From the NCBI GenBank assembly GCA_902778665.1, contig CACYYN010000022.1:14614-46613 (forward strand): 32,000 nt of DNA, given 5' to 3'. The stretch is from Oscillospiraceae bacterium. GTDB lineage: Bacteria; Bacillota; Clostridia; Oscillospirales; Oscillospiraceae. Positions 24,154-29,907 of the stretch are shown here, piece by piece. Position numbers and translations under genes: made by a program. The notes below the pieces were generated by a model. The model did not search any database and was not told the DNA's origin. It saw only the letters and a program-made list of their open reading frames with translations. Each line of letters begins with the position of its first letter. Position 1 is the stretch's first letter.

Positions 24154-24408
24154 CGGCTTTCTTCCTTTCATACCCACAGGCCACGCCGCCATGATAGGGA
24201 AACGTGACCGCATATTTGCATTTTGATCTGCACGTCCACACGCTGACATAGCATCGACCGATTATCGACTGATACTTCTTCCGGATACCCGGATGCGGGC
24301 ATTCCCTCATCTGAGAGCTCCAGAACTGATGCCCGCTCACAGCATCCGCGAGCAGCTCATCCGGCCTTCGCTCCAACTCCTCATACCGTTTTTTTTCTGA
24401 GGCGCTCG

Positions 24409-24639
24409 TCAGACGTCGCCATTGTTATCTTCCAGCAGGTCCAGCAGGCTGTCCCGCTCTCTGATGAGGTATTCGATCAGGTCCATAGCGTCCTGAATTA
24501 CTTTTTTCACCTGGCGAAGCATATCCATCGTGCAGCGATAGTCTCCGCTCCCGTCCAGATGCGTCTCATATTTAAACGGCATGTACAGAACATTTTTCAA
24601 ATCTGTCAGCACGCTTTTTGAATCTCTCACCGGCTTCAT
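24409..24639 (-). CDS. Hypothetical early protein, 76 aa
   Basis: It has an ATGA overlap with the upstream gene. Confidence 0.55.
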   Translation of the reverse strand: MKPVRDSKSVLTDLKNVLYMPFKYETHLDGSGDYRCTMDMLRQVKKVIQDAMDLIEYLIRERDSLLDLLEDNNGDV

Positions 24640-25073
24640 GGTTCCGGCTTCCTTTTCTGAAAACCGTATCCCCGGCCGAGGGCGAGCTGCCGGTCGCCGA
24701 ATGTTTTCACGCTCATGTTCTTCAGCGCAGCTTCTATATCCGTGTCCGGCATATACGCCTCCAGAATATTGCAGCAGAAACTGCTGTTGAAAAACTTCAC
24801 CACCTCATAGCGCCAGATCCATACCCCTTCTGTTTTTGCTCTTTCTTTCCGGCCGTCTTTGTTCAGCTTGTTCCAATCCTGCACAGCCTGCAGCACCACA
24901 CGAACGGCCAGCCCCCGGAGGATCCTTCCGTCATAATGGATTGCACATTCCGCCATCGGGACCTCTTCAAATCGCCGGCCATCCTCCGTCAGAATCTCCT
25001 TCTGATCTATCAGGTCAGCTATGGACCGTCTGGGCGCACGGTGCGCAGCACCCGGTTTGCTCTTCCCTGACAT
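24636..25073 (-). CDS. Hypothetical early protein, 145 aa
   Basis: The start is set at MSGKSKPG, with GGAAGGAGA 5 nt upstream. Confidence 0.6.
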   Translation of the reverse strand: MSGKSKPGAAHRAPRRSIADLIDQKEILTEDGRRFEEVPMAECAIHYDGRILRGLAVRVVLQAVQDWNKLNKDGRKERAKTEGVWIWRYEVVKFFNSSFCCNILEAYMPDTDIEAALKNMSVKTFGDRQLALGRGYGFQKRKPEP

Positions 25074-25209
25074 TGCTGTCTCCTTCCGTGAGTTTATGGA
25101 ATCGGTCGCATACATCCTGCCAGTCCCGGCATCGGTAAGACTTTCCGCTGATGCTCATGATATATGTGCCGTCCGGCTGCTGCTCTGCTTCAAAGGCATA
25201 ACCGTTCAT
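25015..25209 (-). CDS. Hypothetical small protein, 64 aa
   Basis: Its start has an ATGA overlap with the upstream gene. Its 3' end overlaps the next gene by 59 nt. Confidence 0.4.
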   Translation of the reverse strand: MNGYAFEAEQQPDGTYIMSISGKSYRCRDWQDVCDRFHKLTEGDSNVREEQTGCCAPCAQTVHS

Positions 25210-25361
25210 TTCTCCCTCCCCATCTGCTCTGCATCATATTCCACATGCTCGATCTGCAGATCTTCATCGCAGCTGTAGTTCGGGCACTCGTCTCTATACT
25301 GGCACTCGCCTTTGTTCTCCATTGTCCAGAACGGGCAGCGCCAGTTGTCACACGGCTTCAT
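25206..25361 (-). CDS. Cys-rich small protein, 51 aa
   Basis: The sequence is MKPCDNWRCPFWTMENKGECQYRDECPNYSCDEDL. The start is at the internal ATG. Confidence 0.5.
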   Translation of the reverse strand: MKPCDNWRCPFWTMENKGECQYRDECPNYSCDEDLQIEHVEYDAEQMGREK

Positions 25362-25461
25362 CCTGATCCCTGCCTCTCTTTTCAGATTGCTTTCCAACGA
25401 AGACACCGATGAAATAGCAGGCCACGGCCGTTGCCAGCTGGATGAGAATGATTTCAATCAT
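25348..25461 (-). CDS. Single-TM micro-protein, 37 aa (not in the ORF track)
   Basis: My translation is MIEIILIQLATAVACYFIGVFVGKQSEKRGRDQDEAV. GGGAGGAAG lies 7 nt upstream. The ATG overlaps the upstream TGA. Confidence 0.45.
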   Translation of the reverse strand: MIEIILIQLATAVACYFIGVFVGKQSEKRGRDQDEAV

Positions 25462-25631
25462 GATTCTTCCTCCCGCTCCTCTTTTTTTGTTTCCCGCTCC
25501 TTTTCGGTGTGGCGGTGCACCTTATGTGCCTGCAGCTGCTTCTGCCACTTTCTCCGATAGATTCTGTAGGTCGCGTCCTTCGCGCTCAGCTTCGGCACGG
25601 TCTTTTTCTCTTCCGGATAATTCCCGCTCAC
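25458..25631 (-). CDS. Basic/acidic small protein, 57 aa
   Basis: The GTG start overlaps the upstream TGA (GTGA). GGGAGGAG lies 8 nt upstream. Confidence 0.5.
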   Translation of the reverse strand: MSGNYPEEKKTVPKLSAKDATYRIYRRKWQKQLQAHKVHRHTEKERETKKEEREEES

Positions 25632-25876
25632 GGCCTTGTCTCCTCCCACTCGTCGTATTTCATCCAGGAGGCATCATAGGGCTCGTCATCCCGCATGGCG
25701 GCAGTCATGGCCTCCAGCTTATCGCAGAGGCGGCTGATCCATCTGGCAACCTGGCGCCGGCGCTCCGGAGCCGTCATGATGATAATGCAGGCGATGATGT
25801 AGATGCTGAAGAGGATAAAGCCGATGATCAGGATCCTGTCCCAGATCGGCAGCGCCTTGAATAATCCCGGCAGCAT
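25628..25876 (-). CDS. Small membrane protein, 82 aa
   Basis: It has a hydrophobic ILIIGFILFSIYIIACIIIM segment and a GAGGAGGG RBS. Confidence 0.6.
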   Translation of the reverse strand: MLPGLFKALPIWDRILIIGFILFSIYIIACIIIMTAPERRRQVARWISRLCDKLEAMTAAMRDDEPYDASWMKYDEWEETRP

Positions 25877-26172
25877 TATCGTCCCTCCTCTCCCAGATAC
25901 AGGAACCGCTTCGCATCATAGGTGATGCCCAGTGCTCTCAGCCGGACCTTTTTCTTCATGGCACAGACCGAGCAGGCAATTGCAATGCCTCCCTTTCTGT
26001 ATTTGACGGTGTAGACCTTCTCGTTTATCCAGGTGTAGATCTCTCTCCCGCAATCCATGCATCGATAGACCTTCTTTTCTCTGCTGCGCGTTACCGGAGA
26101 TGTTTCTGCCGTTACCGGCGTTACTGACGTTACCGGCTCGGCCGGATCCGGTGTTTTTTTCTTCCTCGGCAT
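25876..26172 (-). CDS. Zinc-ribbon small protein, 98 aa
   Basis: It has paired cysteines (CMDCGREI...CSVCAMKK). The start is at MPRKKK, which has a GAGGTGAG RBS. Confidence 0.6.
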   Translation of the reverse strand: MPRKKKTPDPAEPVTSVTPVTAETSPVTRSREKKVYRCMDCGREIYTWINEKVYTVKYRKGGIAIACSVCAMKKKVRLRALGITYDAKRFLYLGEEGR

Positions 26173-26182
26173 GTCTCTCACC

Positions 26183-26377
26183 TCACAGTTCGCTCAGTGC
26201 TTTGGCCAGCTGCACCGCCGTGCAGCCATCATGCGGAATCTTCAGGTGCTTGTTGCACCACTTGTAGCCTTTACCGGTATACGCCTGCACTTCGGCGAAG
26301 GTGATGATATGCTTCCCGCCGAATTTAGCCAGGATCTGCTCCAGCTCCAGCCGGAATGTCTCTTTTTCTCTTGGCAT
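26183..26377 (-). CDS. Small HTH-like DNA-binding protein, 64 aa
   Basis: ITFAEVQAYTGKGYKWCNKHL resembles an excisionase/MerR-type HTH. The functional call is weak. Confidence 0.5.
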   Translation of the reverse strand: MPREKETFRLELEQILAKFGGKHIITFAEVQAYTGKGYKWCNKHLKIPHDGCTAVQLAKALSEL

Positions 26378-26499
26378 TATTGTATTCTCCTTTATTGTCT
26401 GTTATAATGGAGATGTTCCGGTGACACATGGAACACCTCATACTCACAGCCGTATCGGAGTGCAGCCCGATGCGGCGCTTTTTATTTTGCTGTATTGAA

Positions 26500-26586
26500 C
26501 TATCCGAGAAACTTCCCGACCGTGTTTAGAATTGCTATAAGAAGAGCGATCGCGCTTAAAATTAATGCAGTTCTGGAAATATCCAT
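26500..26586 (-). CDS. Hydrophobic micro-protein, 28 aa (not in the ORF track)
   Basis: My translation is MDISRTALILSAIALLIAILNTVGKFLG. It is preceded by the duplicated GGAAGGAGGAA initiation region. Confidence 0.45.
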   Translation of the reverse strand: MDISRTALILSAIALLIAILNTVGKFLG

Positions 26587-26590
26587 TTTC

Positions 26591-26620
26591 TTCCTCCTTC
26601 CCGCTCCGGATGCGAAAATG
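26591..26620 (-). repeat. Copy A of a 30-bp duplicated translation-initiation region (minus strand: CATTTTCGCATCCGGAGCGGGAAGGAGGAA)
   Basis: It is identical to 26866-26895. Confidence 0.85.
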
Positions 26621-26860
26621 TCAGTCATCTATAAAGACATTTGGGTCAATTCCAATAGTCTTATACTCCCGAAATGAGTTACCATCGATCCCATTCTCTG
26701 TAGCTTTCACCGGCCCGTATTCCAGATGTAACTCAATCTTCATATAGGCTAATTCGTCGGCCAACGATTTAGCCTCTTTTATCAATTCCCGCAGTCTTCT
26801 CGCTTTTTCGATCGCTTCGTCTATACCGGTTACTTTGACCTGCACTTCAGCAGATGCCAC
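26621..26860 (-). CDS. Hypothetical early protein, 79 aa (GTG start)
   Basis: It is preceded by copy B of the duplicated SD region. Confidence 0.6.
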   Translation of the reverse strand: MASAEVQVKVTGIDEAIEKARRLRELIKEAKSLADELAYMKIELHLEYGPVKATENGIDGNSFREYKTIGIDPNVFIDD

Positions 26861-26865
26861 TTGTT

Positions 26866-26895
26866 TTCCTCCTTCCCGCTCCGGATGCGAAAATG
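26866..26895 (-). repeat. Copy B of the 30-bp duplicated translation-initiation region
   Basis: It is identical to 26591-26620. Confidence 0.85.
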
Positions 26896-26942
26896 CACCC
26901 GGCTTTTTTGGTTTCTCTGCGAAAAATGTGTTGTTTCCTTTT

Positions 26943-26970
26943 GCATCATTGCTTATTCAGATTGACAGCG
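26943..26970. repeat. Left arm of a 28-bp inverted repeat (the first 18 bp are perfect) bracketing a plus-strand unit
   Basis: The arm is gcatcattgcttattcagattgacagcg. The reverse complement of 27389-27416 is gcatcattgcttattcaggttggcagcg (26/28). Confidence 0.85.
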
Positions 26971-26991
26971 TTTGTTTTGCTCTGATAGAAT
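26962..26991 (+). promoter_or_regulatory. Strong sigmaA-type promoter, TTGACA-18-TAGAAT, with a TGa extended -10
   Basis: Read directly from the sequence. The -35 lies inside the left inverted-repeat arm. Confidence 0.65.
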
Positions 26992-26997
26992 GTTTTC

Positions 26998-27388
26998 AGC
27001 AGATCACGCTGAGCCAAGCCCCACCAGGGAAGGTGTAACGACTGGACACGGAGCATCCCTCCGGGATGAAGGCACAGTCTGGCCTTGCGGGTGACCGCAA
27101 GAGGCGGGCAGAAATGACCCGCTCCCACATTCGTGGAGTAACAAACCGGATGACAGGAGTCGCTGAAAACATGACAGAAGCTTGTGAGTCTATCAAAGCA
27201 TCCGCTATTACCAGAATGCCCAAGATTACTGTTTCTCCCGCATTGACTGAAGCTCTTGGACGTCTTTCCGAAACTTCCAAACTTTATGATACCGAGGTGA
27301 ATTATCGCCCTGCCGGGCAGCAATGCCCGGTCTGTACTCCGTAAATTCGGCGAAAATCTGCTCCCGCCTCTCAGGCGGGTTTTCTTTT
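26998..27388 (+). other. Autonomous ~390-nt plus-strand transcription unit whose coding status is unresolved. It may encode a 76-92 aa ORF (27066/27114..27344) or be a structured RNA.
   Basis: It is bounded by the promoter and terminator listed separately. The ORF lacks a well-spaced SD at 27066, and there is a weak AAGAGG 9 nt before the ATG at 27114. Two perfect 7-bp hairpins have GNRA loops: 27084-27101 (GTGA) and 27313-27330 (GCAA). The 5' coordinate is approximate. Confidence 0.5.
27363..27388 (+). terminator. Rho-independent terminator
   Basis: The hairpin is cccgcc-tctca-ggcggg, followed by ttttctttt. Confidence 0.8.
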
Positions 27389-27416
27389 CGCTGCCAACCT
27401 GAATAAGCAATGATGC
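27389..27416. repeat. Right arm of the 28-bp inverted repeat
   Basis: See the left arm at 26943-26970. Confidence 0.85.
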
Positions 27417-27438
27417 TCTCCCGCTCCGGCGGGATCTT

Positions 27439-27630
27439 TTATTCCTCCCCGGCCTCTGTCGGACGGAACAGCTTCTCAACCAACTCCCTGCTCAGGACCA
27501 GCTCCAGGGCAGCCTGGAAGCCGTGCAGCTCACTGGCGATCATGCAGTTGCCCATCTCATCGCCTGCCTCTCTGGCATCCTCTGCGAGCTGCCTGTAATG
27601 CAGGATCTGAGCCCGAATCATCTTCTCCAC
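27439..27630 (-). CDS. Hypothetical early protein, ~63 aa (GTG start; alternative ATG at 27621)
   Basis: GGAGG lies 8 nt upstream of the GTG, within the duplicated 25-bp SD region. Confidence 0.5.
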   Translation of the reverse strand: MEKMIRAQILHYRQLAEDAREAGDEMGNCMIASELHGFQAALELVLSRELVEKLFRPTEAGEE

Positions 27631-27631
27631 C

Positions 27632-27656
27632 TTCTTCACCTCCTCACCTTCTTCAC
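27632..27656 (-). repeat. Copy 1 of a 25-bp duplicated SD region (minus strand: GTGAAGAAGGTGAGGAGGTGAAGAA)
   Basis: It is identical to 28002-28026. Confidence 0.85.
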
Positions 27657-27674
27657 CTGTGGCACCGCTGCCGT

Positions 27675-28001
27675 TCAAGCATCCATGATCTCGGCTTTTA
27701 CCAACTCGCACAGGGCATCAGCCAGCTGCTCTTTGTCAAAGCCTTCCGTCCCTTTCCCGCTTATCAGATTGCACAGCTCCGCAAACGTCGGAGTAATCGC
27801 CTTCAGGATAAAGTAGAATGCCAGGACAGGCCCTCCGCCCATGTTGTCCGTTACTTCCGGCACTGGATTCCCCTTCCGAAAAGTTATCAGCATCTGGCAG
27901 TCGTTGTTGTCCAGGAACTCATCAACGATCGCCCCGAAGGAATCAATATTGAGCTCATTCCTGTTAGCTTTTTCCCGCATGTGTCTTCCCAATGGTGTCA
28001 T
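27675..28001 (-). CDS. Hypothetical early protein, 108 aa
   Basis: The ATG follows directly after copy 2 of the duplicated SD region. Confidence 0.65.
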   Translation of the reverse strand: MTPLGRHMREKANRNELNIDSFGAIVDEFLDNNDCQMLITFRKGNPVPEVTDNMGGGPVLAFYFILKAITPTFAELCNLISGKGTEGFDKEQLADALCELVKAEIMDA

Positions 28002-28026
28002 TTCTTCACCTCCTCACCTTCTTCAC
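28002..28026 (-). repeat. Copy 2 of the 25-bp duplicated SD region
   Basis: It is identical to 27632-27656. Confidence 0.85.
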
Positions 28027-28052
28027 ATGGCAGATACTACCATGATCGATTT

Positions 28053-28289
28053 TTAAACCGGCTGCGGATTTGCTGCCTTGATATCTTCGAATAGATAGTC
28101 GAGCTTTTGTTCTCCGTCAAACCATTCTTCGTTGATTTTCACTGCCTCTGGGACAGTGAATCCAGTTATACAGTTTATTTTGTTTCGTGCAGTACGTTCA
28201 GTCACTCCAATAGTTCCTGCCACCGCTTTGGACACGCTCTGTGCTGGTACACCTTTTTTGATTAGCTCTGCTACCAGATTCGCCGTCAT
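28053..28289 (-). CDS. Cro-like HTH regulator, 78 aa
   Basis: The start is at MTANLVAELIKKG, with AAAGGAGGTGATGGA upstream. It has an HTH (VSKAVAGTIGVTERTARNKIN). It is divergent from the repressor gene. Confidence 0.7.
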   Translation of the reverse strand: MTANLVAELIKKGVPAQSVSKAVAGTIGVTERTARNKINCITGFTVPEAVKINEEWFDGEQKLDYLFEDIKAANPQPV

Positions 28290-28437
28290 TCCATCACCTC
28301 CTTTTACCGCTAACGGTAAATTTGATATTATATTATTACCGTCAGTGGTATTTGTCAACAATTATTTTCCGCTGACGGTAATTTTTTTCTTTACTTTTTA
28401 CCCGTGCTCTATTATACTCGCCTTGGAGGTGAAAAAA
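28290..28437. promoter_or_regulatory. Lysis-lysogeny switch with divergent promoters and three related operator half-palindromes
   Basis: The operators are O1 ttaccgctaacggtaa (28304-28319), O2 ttaccgtcagtggta (28337-28351) and O3 ttccgctgacggtaa (28367-28381). The minus-strand promoter is TTGACA (28353-28358)-17-TAATAT (28330-28335), with O2 in the spacer. The plus-strand candidate is TTTACT (28390-28395)-17-TATACT (28413-28418). Confidence 0.7.
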
Positions 28438-28815
28438 ATGTATGACTTTGCTCCGATTCTCGCAAGAATAAAGCAAGTAAAGAAAGCTGCAAATATGACA
28501 AATGAAGAGCTTTCAAAAGCTTCTGGCATTCCATTTGGTACTATCAACAAGATCTTATCCGGTGATACTCAAGAGCCTAAGCTTCCCGCTCTGATGGCAA
28601 TTGCTTCAGCATTAGGTACTTCTGTAGATTATCTTGTATACGGAGCTTCTAATTCAGCCTCCGTCATTCAAAAAATCAAGCCTGAAGAAGAGCGGCTCTT
28701 TGCCGATTATCGAGATGCCTCCGAGGAGATCCGTGGAGCAGCTGCCAGCATGCTGCATGATTCCGCCGAGCGCAACCGGAAAGATGGGCTCATGAACGGG
28801 CCCAGCGCTGGATAA
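28438..28815 (+). CDS. CI-like XRE-family repressor, 125 aa, with no S24 autopeptidase domain
   Basis: GGAGGTG lies upstream of the ATG. The HTH is MTNEELSKASGIPFGTINKILSGDTQEPKLPALMAIASALGTSVDYLV. Confidence 0.9.
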   Translation: MYDFAPILARIKQVKKAANMTNEELSKASGIPFGTINKILSGDTQEPKLPALMAIASALGTSVDYLVYGASNSASVIQKIKPEEERLFADYRDASEEIRGAAASMLHDSAERNRKDGLMNGPSAG

Positions 28816-28885
28816 AGAAAAACGGGATCCGTGTTCTGGCGGATCCCGGGGAATAAAAAAGCCCCCACCGATGAGGCGGGGAGAT
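28812..28885 (-). terminator. Tandem hairpins between the convergent repressor and GNAT operons
   Basis: One hairpin is cgggatccg / cggatcccg (28823-28848). The other is an imperfect ccccacc / ggcgggg (28863-28881). Each is followed by a T-run on the minus strand. Confidence 0.6.
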
Positions 28886-28949
28886 AGAGCATTCGTTTTC
28901 TTGAGATCACGAAAACGATCGAAATGCTTTAGGGAGTCCAAGAGACTTT

Positions 28950-29558
28950 TCATTTAAGATATTTAATCATCTGTATCAAATAGTCTCCTGATATATCAGT
29001 TTCTTCTCGGTCGAGTTCTCTTTTATCGAACTCGCAAAATCCATTGTCTTTATAAAAGTCAACCAGTTTCGGTTTATCTTCACACTCCAGATAAACATAC
29101 CGCCCACCGAGATCAAGCTGAATATTTTTTACCTTTTCACATGCAATCGCAAGAAGTTCATCACCTGTTATCAGTTCATTATACCCGTTCGTGTAATTCT
29201 TTCCCAGTTGAGCTATCAACGGAGCTGTTAATACATATTTTCTGATTTGCGGATAATAAATTGCAAACTTTGCTATCCGCTTTTTATTCGTGCTACTCAA
29301 TCCTTTTGTGGATACAGATATATTTTTATTTGCCAATGTAAAATAGCCTACCAGCACCATTTCCTTTTTATGCGAAGCCATCACCAGATGCGTCTGTGAA
29401 AGGCTCTGCTTTGAAAATTCAATAGCCTTATATCTAAGAAAACTTTCGACGTCCAGATTCAGAGGGCACGAAAAATCAGAGAGGAAATTCTTTGCGAATT
29501 CCTCTCCCATCTCATCCACCAGAATCTTCAGATTAACAACCTTATATCCGTGCATCAT
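28950..29558 (-). CDS. GNAT-fold N-acetyltransferase-like protein, 202 aa
   Basis: The sequence LVGYFTLANKNISV...PLIAQLGKNYTNGYNELITGDELLAIACEKV...GGRYVYLECEDKPKLVDFYKDNGFCEF has the GNAT core beta4-alpha3 and FYxxxGF layout. Confidence 0.7.
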   Translation of the reverse strand: MMHGYKVVNLKILVDEMGEEFAKNFLSDFSCPLNLDVESFLRYKAIEFSKQSLSQTHLVMASHKKEMVLVGYFTLANKNISVSTKGLSSTNKKRIAKFAIYYPQIRKYVLTAPLIAQLGKNYTNGYNELITGDELLAIACEKVKNIQLDLGGRYVYLECEDKPKLVDFYKDNGFCEFDKRELDREETDISGDYLIQMIKYLK

Positions 29559-29737
29559 TGATTCTGGCCCTGCTTAAACATTTCTCTGATTTCCGATCTG
29601 GATGCGACAGAAACAGACCGTTTAAAATGAACTGCTTTTTCTTTTTTCCGGCCTGCATTTTCCAATGCGCTTGCCAGCTTTCTTGCAGTTTCATTATCTT
29701 TGATATGCACAGTTTTCAATATGCTTTTCGTTGCCAT
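29555..29737 (-). CDS. Small partner protein, 60 aa, translationally coupled to the GNAT gene
   Basis: The start is at MATKSILKTVHIKDNETARKLASALENA, preceded by GGGGTG. It shares a 4-nt ATGA overlap with the GNAT start. Confidence 0.6.
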   Translation of the reverse strand: MATKSILKTVHIKDNETARKLASALENAGRKKEKAVHFKRSVSVASRSEIREMFKQGQNQ

Positions 29738-29907
29738 ATTATTCACCCCGTTCTGAGTGCAGCTTCATTTGAGGGAAGATTGTATCTTTTCATAAATACA
29801 CGAAAAGTATAACACACCTTTTTGCTTTTTTGTATGTCTATTTTCCACAATTTTTTTGAAAGAATCATTAATATTTTCGTTGCCTGCAGAAAGAAGGAGG
29901 TGATGCG

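Noticed and set aside
24104-24376. A 90-aa Cys-rich minus-strand ORF lies upstream of the PcfK-like gene.
   Set aside because: This is unresolved rather than excluded. The TTG start abuts its SD with no spacing. An internal ATG at 24310 has a weak TGGAG. The 3' end overlaps the PcfK-like start by about 50 nt. I could not support a confident call.
26943-27416. The unit might be a retron-type msr/msd, since inverted repeats flank a structured transcript.
   Set aside because: The left repeat arm lies upstream of or within the -35, so it would not be transcribed from the promoter seen. No reverse transcriptase gene is present in the window.
26946-27479. A 177-aa minus-strand ORF (and a 94-aa ORF at 26996-27280) spans the inverted-repeat-bounded cassette.
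   Set aside because: The composition is Arg/Ser/Cys/Gly-rich and not protein-like. The ORF runs antisense through a consensus promoter and terminator and across both repeat arms. Several frames are open here, which itself points to non-standard coding status.
26591-28026. The repeated 25-30-bp sequences might be a CRISPR-like array.
   Set aside because: There are only two copies of each of two unrelated repeats. Each contains an SD directly upstream of a start codon. The spacing (275 and 370 bp) is gene-sized, not spacer-sized.
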